Shown piece by piece: positions 54,029-63,202 of a DNA stretch of 64,000 nucleotides. The position numbers and the translations under genes were made by a program. The DNA lies in sequence record NC_031107.2; one strand, given 5' to 3'. The notes under the pieces were generated by a model. That model was not told the origin of the DNA, searched no databases, and saw nothing but the letters and a program-made list of their open reading frames with translations. The first letter of the stretch is position 1; every line of letters starts with the position of its first letter.

Positions 54029-54603
54029 CCATCGTTACACAACCCTGGTATGACGCTTTCAAACGCGCTGCCCAGCTCACTGCCGAGGATGCCTTCTCCC
54101 TGATTAAGGGTGGCGCTGAATCTGTGCAGACTAACCCAGATTACGTGGAGCCGCCAGAAGGTGAAGAACCGACTGTGCAGCCGACGTACATGGACTACAA
54201 CGAGTGGTTCGCCACCAAGCACGAGTTCTACGACGCGTTCATTGCCGCTTTCGGTGACGATGAAGACGAAGGGATTGAATTCGACTGGAATATCAACCTG
54301 GCGCTGCTGTGGATTCTCGGCCTGCGTCCAAGCGTTGACGAGACCGAAGCGGGCTTTGTGCTGACCTGGCGTCCGGTTGCCGGTTATAACCCTGACCTCA
54401 CGTTTAAAGAAGCGTACATGGAAGTGACCGTGGCGCTGCAGAACCTGTGGTTTGGTGAGAGCGAATACTGCCAGCGTTCGTTCCTGACCATTCTGGAAAA
54501 GCTCGGCCGTTGCCACAAACTCTGGCGTTCTGAGACTGCTCCAGAACATCTGTTCGTCCTCGAATATGCGGTCGTGCCTAACGAACCATTCTTCGAAGAG
54601 TAA
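54025..54603 (+). CDS. Hypothetical acidic protein (192 aa)
   Basis: TTGA overlap, AAGGAG RBS. Confidence 0.65.
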   Translation: MTIVTQPWYDAFKRAAQLTAEDAFSLIKGGAESVQTNPDYVEPPEGEEPTVQPTYMDYNEWFATKHEFYDAFIAAFGDDEDEGIEFDWNINLALLWILGLRPSVDETEAGFVLTWRPVAGYNPDLTFKEAYMEVTVALQNLWFGESEYCQRSFLTILEKLGRCHKLWRSETAPEHLFVLEYAVVPNEPFFEE

Positions 54604-54608
54604 TACCC

Positions 54609-54642
54609 ACCCCTACCCATGTGGTAGGGGTTCTCTTATTTT
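54609..54642 (+). terminator. Intrinsic terminator
   Basis: ACCCCTACC-CATGT-GGTAGGGGT + T-rich tail. Confidence 0.65.
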
Positions 54643-54698
54643 AAGTGCTTAATTTACAAACCCATCAAATACTTTGAACAACCACTAAGGATAATGCA

Positions 54699-55892
54699 AT
54701 GAAATTCCCTATTAGCGTACTGAACGACCTGGCCAAGAAACTGCGTAGCCGTGAAGTAGCTGGCCGTTACGATGAACTGACCGCATATTCCAACGCCCTT
54801 ATCCATCAAAACCATTCGGGCAATAACCCGTTCCAGGCGTCCAACTTTACGCTGGAACAATTCCAGATACTGGCAGGCCATAGCGATCTGGAAAATTACA
54901 TCCCGCTGCCGTATGCGCGTACACACATCTGTGGCCCGTCTAAGACGCTGCAGTTCAACGATCTCCCGCCAATCGTCCTGGAAGAAGACACTGATTTCTT
55001 TGGTATCGACTTCGGTATGTCTTCTGCGCCACGCTGGTCTATTGTGGCGCAGGGCGACGACGACAAGTGGTACATGCTGGCAAACGAAAATCCACACTTC
55101 TTCGAACCGGGTGAGTTGACTCGCGTTGTAGAAGCACCTGATTCAGCTGTCCGTGTTGGACATGCCCACATCTTCTCTGGTCATGTTGCGTATGAGCTGA
55201 AAAACTGGCCAGCTGTTTCGTTGGTACTGGGAGACAACCAACATCCTGGCGTAGAAATCACACGTCATCTGGCACCAATGCACCTGGAGCCAGAACTGGA
55301 TGATGATGCGGATAACGCAACTGATGAAGCAATTGGCGACGACCGCGAAAGCGCGCCGCGTGCAGAGTGTGAGCAGGTGAGCAACATTAACTTCTCCAAA
55401 CTGCTGGCTGCACCGGAATCACTGCTGCCGTTTACCATCAGCCGTGAAACCACCTGGCAGGACTTTGTTGACTATTGCCAACAGAACCTGCTGAACCACT
55501 GGGACTTTACCTACAAAGTCCCACACGACGAAGACGATACTGATGCGGAAACCGCAGACGAAGCCCCGGCGCAACCTAAGCGTGACCAGGCACTGATCCT
55601 GGAAACGTTGCAGGATATCGAACGTACCTTCGTTGCGGGCGATGTGTTCGAAGCGTTGGGCGTGAAAGTCCCTGCTGAGGTCACTCCGGTATCCGTGGCT
55701 AACGTCATTGGCCGTCTGATGACTGTTGAAAATGAAACCGTTGAAGTGCAGCTCGACGAAGATGAGATGCAGGCACAGGCGAAAGTCATGAAAGTGCTGA
55801 ACATCGAAGCTATCGTGAAAGAAGTTAAAGAGCTGGCGAAGTCTAAGCGTACGCCTAAGAACATCAAGGCGATCGCGGCGAAGTACGCCTAA
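54699..55892 (+). CDS. Hypothetical acidic protein (397 aa)
   Basis: AAGGA RBS; acidic linkers; basic C-terminal helix. Confidence 0.75.
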   Translation: MKFPISVLNDLAKKLRSREVAGRYDELTAYSNALIHQNHSGNNPFQASNFTLEQFQILAGHSDLENYIPLPYARTHICGPSKTLQFNDLPPIVLEEDTDFFGIDFGMSSAPRWSIVAQGDDDKWYMLANENPHFFEPGELTRVVEAPDSAVRVGHAHIFSGHVAYELKNWPAVSLVLGDNQHPGVEITRHLAPMHLEPELDDDADNATDEAIGDDRESAPRAECEQVSNINFSKLLAAPESLLPFTISRETTWQDFVDYCQQNLLNHWDFTYKVPHDEDDTDAETADEAPAQPKRDQALILETLQDIERTFVAGDVFEALGVKVPAEVTPVSVANVIGRLMTVENETVEVQLDEDEMQAQAKVMKVLNIEAIVKEVKELAKSKRTPKNIKAIAAKYA

Positions 55893-55898
55893 GCGGTT

Positions 55899-55948
55899 AA
55901 AATAAAGGCTACCTACTCCTTCGGGAGTAGGTAGTTCTTTTTTTCTTT
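55899..55948. terminator. Bidirectional terminator
   Basis: CTACCTACTCC-TTCG-GGAGTAGGTAG with A-run and T-run. Confidence 0.8.
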
Positions 55949-56571
55949 TAATTTGCCAACCCATGGGCTTGCAGAATTTCCAGCATCGCCGCATTCAGCG
56001 TCTTCAGCTTGGTGTTCTCGTCCTGAGCCGCTTTCAATTGCTCAGCCAGCGGCGTCACATTGCGAATCTTCGCTTTGCGTGCTGCTTCCATCTGCAAATG
56101 ATCTTCTTCGGTGACCGTTCCTTCATAGTCCATCGTGGTGATGTCAATGACAGGGTCAATCCCGAGTCCGGCGGTAACGATGTTTTTCACGTCTTCCGAA
56201 ATGGTCGTCGGGTCAACATAATCTGGCACCAACGCCAAATCAATCACCAACACATTTCGTTTATACGCTAACCCGTTAATCCCAGGATACGATTCGATAT
56301 ACGTATCCGGAATGTACACCACCTGTCCATCCCGTGACTTCATGGTCAGGATAGACGCACCGACGTTGGCATCAGCCAGATACGCATCACGCCCTAACCC
56401 AACGGGGGCGTAATAGGTATTGTACACGTCGATTTTTCGGTCAACCAGTTCCGGGAACGTACGTACTGCTTCTACGTTAAAGATAACGTCTTCGGCAATC
56501 GTAAACGGTTGTTTGACCTTGAACAGACCTGTGGTGTTAACGGTGACGACGACCGGCAGTAACGTGGCCAT
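55948..56571 (-). CDS. Probable virion structural protein (207 aa)
   Basis: AAGGAGG RBS; - strand pair inside the early region; function inferred only. Confidence 0.55.
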   Translation of the reverse strand: MATLLPVVVTVNTTGLFKVKQPFTIAEDVIFNVEAVRTFPELVDRKIDVYNTYYAPVGLGRDAYLADANVGASILTMKSRDGQVVYIPDTYIESYPGINGLAYKRNVLVIDLALVPDYVDPTTISEDVKNIVTAGLGIDPVIDITTMDYEGTVTEEDHLQMEAARKAKIRNVTPLAEQLKAAQDENTKLKTLNAAMLEILQAHGLAN

Positions 56572-56580
56572 TTATCCTCC

Positions 56581-57945
56581 TTACGGTGTTGTGTCTTCCC
56601 ACACCGCTTTACGGGCAAGCACACGGTACTCAACGTTGTCGTATTCGAACACGTAGAAATAAATCTCCGGGTTCGCATCATCGACCAGTTTGACAATATC
56701 CAAATCCGTTTGATACGGGTTGTATTCTTCGGCAGCGATTAACGCTTTAAAGAACAGTTCGTACCATTCGGTGGTTGCTTTTGACATGCGGGCGATGTCC
56801 GGGTTTGTCGTTGCAATCAACGCATAATCCGGAATGGTCGCGTGCAGTGTCGCTTTGCGGGTGTCATTTTCAGGGCCAGAAATAACCACACTGCTGAGCG
56901 ATTTATAAATCGACGGCAGCACACAGACGTCAGTGGTTGGCATCTGATGTGTGTTATTTTTCTCGGCAACCGTCAGGTCGCCCCACTCGCCAAATTTATC
57001 GATTGCCTTGAGCTGGAAATCATATGGGAGGATAGGGCTGTATAGCGCCGCGATGTCTTCCTCATTCGGAATCCCTCTGATTTTCCAACCCGGCACGATT
57101 GTGAATTTCGTGGTGGTGAAAATCTCAGGGAACACTTTAACGCCCAATGGTACGGTAAAACTGGAGTTCGCTAAAATGTAATCACGTAACGCTTTCTTGA
57201 TGCGGCTCGGGTTCTTACCCGCACGGCCATAGATGATGACCGACATCGGAATAATCAATGTCGCTTCATAATCTTCCTGGTCATGCCACGTATAATAATT
57301 CGTCTGAATATTCGTATACGGGAAGCCATCCATCAAGTCATTAATCTTCTTATGGTGATCGGAAAGGTTAAAACTTTCCATCGCTTTTTCGACTACTGAC
57401 TTCACAGCTAAAAACGTATCGACCGGTAAAATCGGCATTTGAACTTCAATCTCAAAGCCGGTGTAGTTCTGATCGAAATCTTCATCAGCAAACCAAACAA
57501 TGATTTGGTTACTTACGTCCGTGGGATCTTGTACCTTGTCCTTGGTCGTTTCAAATTTCCAACTGACCCAACGCGGGAACCAGTTGCTTTTAGTCTGGAT
57601 CATCGCCCCAGACTGAACCCCGCTGATGGTGTTCTGGAACTGTCCTACCAGCAACCGCTGGAATTCGACTTCATCATTTTTCAAATTACCCAGAATGGAC
57701 TGATTGTAAATCCACTGCGTAAGTGTTAAAATGTGGTCGGAGAACTCGGACGGTACCACAACCGTCGTCTCTTCACGCTTAGAAGTAAACGTAACCAACT
57801 CCACCTGCAAATTGGATTTCGCAAATGTTTGCTTACTTTTAGCGTAGGATTTTGTCAGTTCGGACAACTCACCCACCGGAGCGGTGACGCCGTCCACGTT
57901 GTCAAACAGAGCCGGTATCTGGATAAAGCCTTGTAAATCTAACAT
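56581..57945 (-). CDS. Probable virion structural protein (454 aa)
   Basis: ATG 57945 after GGAG (track start moved). Confidence 0.55.
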   Translation of the reverse strand: MLDLQGFIQIPALFDNVDGVTAPVGELSELTKSYAKSKQTFAKSNLQVELVTFTSKREETTVVVPSEFSDHILTLTQWIYNQSILGNLKNDEVEFQRLLVGQFQNTISGVQSGAMIQTKSNWFPRWVSWKFETTKDKVQDPTDVSNQIIVWFADEDFDQNYTGFEIEVQMPILPVDTFLAVKSVVEKAMESFNLSDHHKKINDLMDGFPYTNIQTNYYTWHDQEDYEATLIIPMSVIIYGRAGKNPSRIKKALRDYILANSSFTVPLGVKVFPEIFTTTKFTIVPGWKIRGIPNEEDIAALYSPILPYDFQLKAIDKFGEWGDLTVAEKNNTHQMPTTDVCVLPSIYKSLSSVVISGPENDTRKATLHATIPDYALIATTNPDIARMSKATTEWYELFFKALIAAEEYNPYQTDLDIVKLVDDANPEIYFYVFEYDNVEYRVLARKAVWEDTTP

Positions 57946-57969
57946 AATTAAAAACACTCCGAGGTGAGC

Positions 57970-58467
57970 ATGATAGCATCGTTTATCAAACTGCTTCCAT
58001 TCTTGCAGATGCTATTGGAAGCTTTTAAACCGGGAGAAGGAGAAAAGGTCACCCGAGCTGGCAAAATACTGACACTTGTTATCGTGGCACTTATTGCTTA
58101 TTCAGGCTTTGTCTCCTATGCCTATGTGGTTCAGTACCATGCACTTATCAATGTACAATCACATGATCAGTACCTGGATTTGTCGTACAAAGAGTTAAAA
58201 GAAAAAGCAGATAAGCTCGGCGAGGATAACGCTAAGCTCTACGATCGTCTCTTTACTTGTCTCGGACAGAGACCGCCATATGAAGGCGACCATGCCAAGG
58301 CAGAGGAAGAGAAGAAACCTGAACCTACCGTCGCCCCGACGGTGCCGGAAACGCCGGTCCACGCGGCTACTCCTCCGGTTAAAAAACAACAGGCGGCGCA
58401 ACGTCCCGTGGGAGTTCAAGACGCAAACGAGTTCCGCCAAGAAATTCTTAGAACCCTCAATCAGTAG
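57970..58467 (+). CDS. Inner-membrane protein, candidate i-spanin (165 aa)
   Basis: One TM helix, then coiled coil, single Cys, Pro-rich tail; directly upstream of a lipoprotein. Confidence 0.5.
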   Translation: MIASFIKLLPFLQMLLEAFKPGEGEKVTRAGKILTLVIVALIAYSGFVSYAYVVQYHALINVQSHDQYLDLSYKELKEKADKLGEDNAKLYDRLFTCLGQRPPYEGDHAKAEEEKKPEPTVAPTVPETPVHAATPPVKKQQAAQRPVGVQDANEFRQEILRTLNQ

Positions 58468-58473
58468 GAGTTA

Positions 58474-58947
58474 ATGATGAAAGCCATGCTGTTGGTTGGT
58501 GTTTTGTTGCTCGTTGGGTGCAACGGAATACAACGTAACAGCGTTACGGTGCAAACCTCCTCAGGTTGGCCTTTCCGGCAGCTTGAGGAGCCACCATCTG
58601 CACCGACGAGTGTGTCCGGTGCGGCGGGGGAATTGGCCAAGAAAGTTTATGTGGCTGATGTAAACGCGTACGCTTATTACGTTTACTTATACGCAAAATC
58701 CTTGAATACCTACGCGGAAACGCAAGGATGGCATCCACCTATGGTGGCACCGTTATGCGAAGAGTTTGTTTATCCCGAGGTACACGAGATTCCGATTTTC
58801 ATCGAGTTGGATGAACGGGCTCGTAGTCCTCAGGCAATCAGCCGTGAGCTTTCACGTCAGCTGAAGATTTTGTTGACCAACTACCGCGCTGACCGTAAAG
58901 CCGTCAAAGAGGCCGTTGCTGCTCACAAAGCCACCTGTCTGAACTGA
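58474..58947 (+). CDS. Lipoprotein, candidate o-spanin (157 aa)
   Basis: MMKAMLLVGVLLLVGC lipobox; Pro-rich linker EEPPSAP. Confidence 0.55.
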   Translation: MMKAMLLVGVLLLVGCNGIQRNSVTVQTSSGWPFRQLEEPPSAPTSVSGAAGELAKKVYVADVNAYAYYVYLYAKSLNTYAETQGWHPPMVAPLCEEFVYPEVHEIPIFIELDERARSPQAISRELSRQLKILLTNYRADRKAVKEAVAAHKATCLN

Positions 58948-58951
58948 GTCA

Positions 58952-58991
58952 GTCCTCCTATGCCTTCGGGTGTAGGAGGACGCTCTTTTTT
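58952..58991 (+). terminator. Intrinsic terminator
   Basis: GTCCTCCTATGCC-TTCG-GGTGTAGGAGGAC + T run. Confidence 0.8.
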
Positions 58992-59038
58992 AACGTTTTC
59001 AACCATCCTAATGTAACCCCCTTATAAGGAAAATTCAA

Positions 59039-59770
59039 ATGTTACCAGCATACCCCAAAGTTATTGTCCCGACCCTGCCCTCGATTGTCGTGGGGGCTGA
59101 TGTAGAAACCAAAGCCATTCGCTCTGATGCGTATATCCTGGCGATGGGTCTGGTTGGGTTTGACGTACCGACGATGAAAATGGTCGGTTCTTTTTACAGC
59201 ACCGTGGACCCGAACGACGAAGCCGCCAAAGCCATCTTCCACGAAGATGAGCAAACCATCGGTTGGTGGCAGGGCAAAGGTGACCCGGATTACGCACCGT
59301 GTGAAGAAGCGCGGGCCGAAGCCTGGTCAGGAAAAGAAAATATCAAGCAGGTACTGTGGGGAGCGAAAAAGTGGCTGGACGATATTTCTGCCAACCATCC
59401 CATCACCATTACCATGCGCGGGCCGGAGTTTGACTCGCCGATTATCCTCAATGCGTTTGCGCAGTGCGATGTTCCTCCATCGCGCTTCCGTAAGTTCTCT
59501 ATTCTGGATTCCGATCGCACAGCTGAACGTCTGTCATACGCGTTTGGTTTGATTCCAGACTACCATGCCGAAGCCCATCACTGGACACGCGGCAAAGAAG
59601 CTTACGAGCACAACGCAGGGTTCGATGCGGCGAAAGAAGCCTATTGTACCGCACGTATTTACCACCTGGCACTGGTCGCGAAGACTTTCGGCTTCGAACG
59701 GATGCTGGAATGTCATCACGAGATGTGCAGTGGGGAGTATGTTGCGCCACAACTGAAAAGCCAGTTATAA
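59039..59770 (+). CDS. DnaQ/DEDD-like 3'-5' exonuclease (243 aa)
   Basis: ExoI ADVET, ExoII GPEFD..I, ExoIII HNAGFDA. Confidence 0.8.
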   Translation: MLPAYPKVIVPTLPSIVVGADVETKAIRSDAYILAMGLVGFDVPTMKMVGSFYSTVDPNDEAAKAIFHEDEQTIGWWQGKGDPDYAPCEEARAEAWSGKENIKQVLWGAKKWLDDISANHPITITMRGPEFDSPIILNAFAQCDVPPSRFRKFSILDSDRTAERLSYAFGLIPDYHAEAHHWTRGKEAYEHNAGFDAAKEAYCTARIYHLALVAKTFGFERMLECHHEMCSGEYVAPQLKSQL

Positions 59771-59785
59771 GCTAAGAGAATAACA

Positions 59786-61297
59786 ATGAGAGACGTCGAC
59801 GTAGCTGTTATCTACACAGACGGTAGCCACACAACTGCCCCGCTTGGTACCGGGGCAGGTATTCACGGTTACCTGTTCAACCATGGGATGATGGAAGCAG
59901 AAGTGGGCTACCGCCATCCCAGTATTTCGGAAGCGATTACAACAGGAGGTTACAAGCAGGTCACGAAGGATACCAAACTTCCTGACGTGCCTGAGGATGT
60001 ACAGTTCGTCGACGCTGTTGTGCCTGTGCCGAAAGAATTCTATTCTGACGTGGGTGAGTTAATTGCGTTCTTGACTTTGTTTGAAAGTGCGCCGTTTCAG
60101 GCACGCAACTATGTCATCTTTGTTGACGCCTCCTACGTGGTCAACACCTTTAACCAATGGATTGACGGTTGGGCAAAGAACGGCTGGCGTAAAGCAGACG
60201 GTACCCCTATCGCGAATGCCGAATTGATTCAGCGTGTCTGGGATGTCAAGCAACGCCTGAAAAAGGAAGGTCGGGGTGTTAAGGTTATCAAAATCAAAGG
60301 TCACTCTGGACGATATGGTAACGAACGTGCTGATGAGATGGCGCGTAAAGGCTCAGCTATCTCTGCAACCGGTGAAGGGGTTTTGTACCAAGCCTACTGG
60401 TCACAAGACGAACTCCCGGCGAGTGCCGAACCGGAAATCATAGGTGCGGGTAATGACATGGCGGCATACTCACCCGTGTGCACCATGAAATACTGCTATC
60501 CGGTTGTGGAAGAAATCCCGCCTACTGCTGAGATTAATGGTGAAACGTTCCATTACATGTTCGGTGGCAACCACGCAAAGAACAAGGACGATTTGGTGTT
60601 TATCGGGAAGATGATCCCGGATGCACACTTTGCCGTGTTGTTCACTAAGACCCCATGGGACAATGTGTATACGCTCGTGAACACGCATAACCAGCAGGCG
60701 TGGGATGAAGTGCCGCGCAGTCGTCGTTATCAGCCGGTGGCCATTCTGAACAACGAGTTTGTCAAGCGTAAGAAGTTTGCCGAGGCGGCGAAAGACGGTA
60801 TTCCGGTTTCGGAAATGCGGTTTAGCGAAGATAAGAACGTCTGGTTCTACGACGACCTGGCTATCTCGCGTATGCTGCGCCCGCCATTGCTGTCGTATCG
60901 TGCATTAAAGATTCGCGATGAGTTGGCAGCGTGGTTAAACGACACTTTGCTGGGCAAACCGCGGGTAGTGTTAAACGACATTACCGATATGCTGTATGAC
61001 GAGAACGGAAAGCCTCGCAAAGACTTCTATCGTTCCGTTGACCGTAGCTTCGATGTGAAGTTGAAGATTCCGGATGGGAAAGTCGAGATACCGGTTATCC
61101 TGACGCGCTCCATCGACATTCCGTCGCGTACGGAACTTAACCGTATCAAAGAACCCGAGGGACGTTTCTACGTTGCAGTAACACGGCCACAAGAGCGTTA
61201 CATCGAGTATGCCATTGTGTACATCGGTAAAGAGTATCACGGTCTATGGTGTGCTTACTACGCGAACAAACGTATCCTGAACGACAAAGAGGTATAA
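59786..61297 (+). CDS. rnhA: Ribonuclease HI with long C-terminal extension (503 aa)
   Basis: IYTDGS, GEL.A, VDASYV, W..NGW..ADG.PI.N.EL, KIKGHSG..GNERAD.MA. Confidence 0.9.
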   Translation: MRDVDVAVIYTDGSHTTAPLGTGAGIHGYLFNHGMMEAEVGYRHPSISEAITTGGYKQVTKDTKLPDVPEDVQFVDAVVPVPKEFYSDVGELIAFLTLFESAPFQARNYVIFVDASYVVNTFNQWIDGWAKNGWRKADGTPIANAELIQRVWDVKQRLKKEGRGVKVIKIKGHSGRYGNERADEMARKGSAISATGEGVLYQAYWSQDELPASAEPEIIGAGNDMAAYSPVCTMKYCYPVVEEIPPTAEINGETFHYMFGGNHAKNKDDLVFIGKMIPDAHFAVLFTKTPWDNVYTLVNTHNQQAWDEVPRSRRYQPVAILNNEFVKRKKFAEAAKDGIPVSEMRFSEDKNVWFYDDLAISRMLRPPLLSYRALKIRDELAAWLNDTLLGKPRVVLNDITDMLYDENGKPRKDFYRSVDRSFDVKLKIPDGKVEIPVILTRSIDIPSRTELNRIKEPEGRFYVAVTRPQERYIEYAIVYIGKEYHGLWCAYYANKRILNDKEV

Positions 61298-61298
61298 C

Positions 61299-62033
61299 AT
61301 GAAGCGAGTCGTGAGTGAGTCACTCACGCTCCACGCACAGAGTTTGATTAAGTGTGTGGAGCAATACGGTTGGCAGTCCTGGTTATCGCATCTACGACTG
61401 ATGGACGATACGCTGGAACGGGACTGGGACAAACTGGAAGTGGTGGGTGCTGAGGCTGCTCGCGACGTTGTCGCTGAATTGGTCACGGATACGATTGCGC
61501 GTTACAACGCTCGCTGCGATGAACCCATTCCTAAAACGGTTCCGCCGCAAATACCGCCACTCCCGACCATCGACCGTCAGGCATGTCGTATCTGGACAAT
61601 GGAGGAGCTGTATGATGAACATGTCCGGATGCTTAAACCAGATGTGTTAATCACGGGTGCGTTGAACTGGTATCTCACCCGTTTTTGGTCGGAGCTGTGT
61701 TCTATCGGTAACGACTGGGATAATAACCCGCAGGTTATCTGGTACGATCGCCAGCAATTCCATGAGTCGCTGAAAGGCGGATCAATCTGCCCGTTATACG
61801 TTATCACCAGCCCACAACAGTTGAACTTCGTCACCGAGGCGGATACGTACAGTGGTCTGGTTGAAGCAGTGGCAACCAACCCGATGGGCTTTTACAAACA
61901 GGGCGATGCGTGGATATTGACCGATGACATGTCTGGGTATCTGCTAGACCCGGATGATTTACACTCGGACGATGACCACTTCATTGAATACTGGGTGTTA
62001 ACCGAGGAAGCCCTTCGAAAAACTTTCAAATAG
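61299..62033 (+). CDS. Hypothetical protein (244 aa)
   Basis: GAGG RBS. Confidence 0.7.
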   Translation: MKRVVSESLTLHAQSLIKCVEQYGWQSWLSHLRLMDDTLERDWDKLEVVGAEAARDVVAELVTDTIARYNARCDEPIPKTVPPQIPPLPTIDRQACRIWTMEELYDEHVRMLKPDVLITGALNWYLTRFWSELCSIGNDWDNNPQVIWYDRQQFHESLKGGSICPLYVITSPQQLNFVTEADTYSGLVEAVATNPMGFYKQGDAWILTDDMSGYLLDPDDLHSDDDHFIEYWVLTEEALRKTFK

Positions 62034-62050
62034 ATATTATCTGTACGAAC
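62023..62050 (+). promoter_or_regulatory. Repeated promoter-like motif
   Basis: CTTTCAAATAGATATTAT upstream of gene 62074. Confidence 0.5.
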
Positions 62051-62073
62051 TGCACCACCTTAAGGAGTATGTA

Positions 62074-62808
62074 ATGCTAAAGGTACAGGTGCCACAATTG
62101 CAGAAAATCAACCCCTCGTTATTCGAGGGGTTTTTCTATAAATTTTGGCCTCACTACTTTCGCGACGAACTCAATGACAATCTGAACTGGGGGCTGTTGC
62201 AAAACGAGTTCTTTTATGTTGGTCAAAGCGTTGCCATTTCTGTCTATGCGGCGATGTTGCGGGAACTGTTCGACTCGGTGAATCTGGGCCGACAACCGAT
62301 GTATCACCACGTCGAGGTGGATTTAGGGATTCACTACGATGCGTACGAAGCAGAGGGAATTGGGCAGGAGTACGGTTTCACGGATGAAGAAGTGGAGTCA
62401 GCCATCTACGTTTGGGTTGAGCGTTACTCCAACTGGCTGATGAACCTGGACATGGTAAACCAAATCTCGGGTGCTTTTGATGGTGTGTATCAGGAATTGC
62501 GCATCATCATGAACACACACCATTTGCTCGGTTACTGGTACGAGTTTTACACCACGGAGTCCAAACTGTGGTCGTCAAACAGTATCGCTATCGGGATTCA
62601 GGAAGGTGATTACGAAGCGGTGCATTACGGGCCGTGGCAAGGACATGCCGGAGACAGTTTCTACCAGAAGATGGATGTGCACTCCTGGGAGTTCTTCTTA
62701 TCAAACGGGAAGATGTATTTGGAAGACGGGGCGACCCAGATTCCAGTTGGGCAGATGACCACTATGTGTCGTCTGAATGATTTAGTCGGTACCACCATTA
62801 ACTTTTAA
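62074..62808 (+). CDS. Hypothetical protein (244 aa)
   Basis: AAGGAG RBS. Confidence 0.7.
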   Translation: MLKVQVPQLQKINPSLFEGFFYKFWPHYFRDELNDNLNWGLLQNEFFYVGQSVAISVYAAMLRELFDSVNLGRQPMYHHVEVDLGIHYDAYEAEGIGQEYGFTDEEVESAIYVWVERYSNWLMNLDMVNQISGAFDGVYQELRIIMNTHHLLGYWYEFYTTESKLWSSNSIAIGIQEGDYEAVHYGPWQGHAGDSFYQKMDVHSWEFFLSNGKMYLEDGATQIPVGQMTTMCRLNDLVGTTINF

Positions 62809-62824
62809 ACCTTTAGGAGCATTT

Positions 62825-63202
62825 ATGATTCACGCCGAAATGAAAGAACTGATTGAAAACAACCTGGACGCGGGCCTGGTACTCTACATCATCCATCCGG
62901 AGCTTAAGCAGGAGTGGTTGCAGGGACGTATTACCGATTTACGCTGGGCGGTGTTAGACACCGACGGCCAAATGGCCATCAAAGACATGGGACGTACCTT
63001 GCGGCAGGTAGCAGTCGACAATGGCAAGCTGGTTCAGGTGAAGACCACTCAATCGGACAGCTACTGCGCTTTCTCCAATGAAGCAGATGTGGTTGTCCTC
63101 GTGGGCTTCGAAGAAGAGAACTCGCCGTACTTTGGTGAGAATGTTATCATCGCGAAGTTCCGTGCTGTGACCGAACTCCCTCGAAAGGTCTTCCCGATTT
63201 GA
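62825..63202 (+). CDS. Hypothetical protein (125 aa)
   Basis: TAGGAG RBS. Confidence 0.7.
   Translation: MIHAEMKELIENNLDAGLVLYIIHPELKQEWLQGRITDLRWAVLDTDGQMAIKDMGRTLRQVAVDNGKLVQVKTTQSDSYCAFSNEADVVVLVGFEEENSPYFGENVIIAKFRAVTELPRKVFPI

Noticed and set aside
53896-55994. Long - strand ORFs (217, 147, 191 aa) opposite genes 54025 and 54699
   Set aside because: Antisense shadows; the + strand genes have RBSs, terminators and coherent composition.
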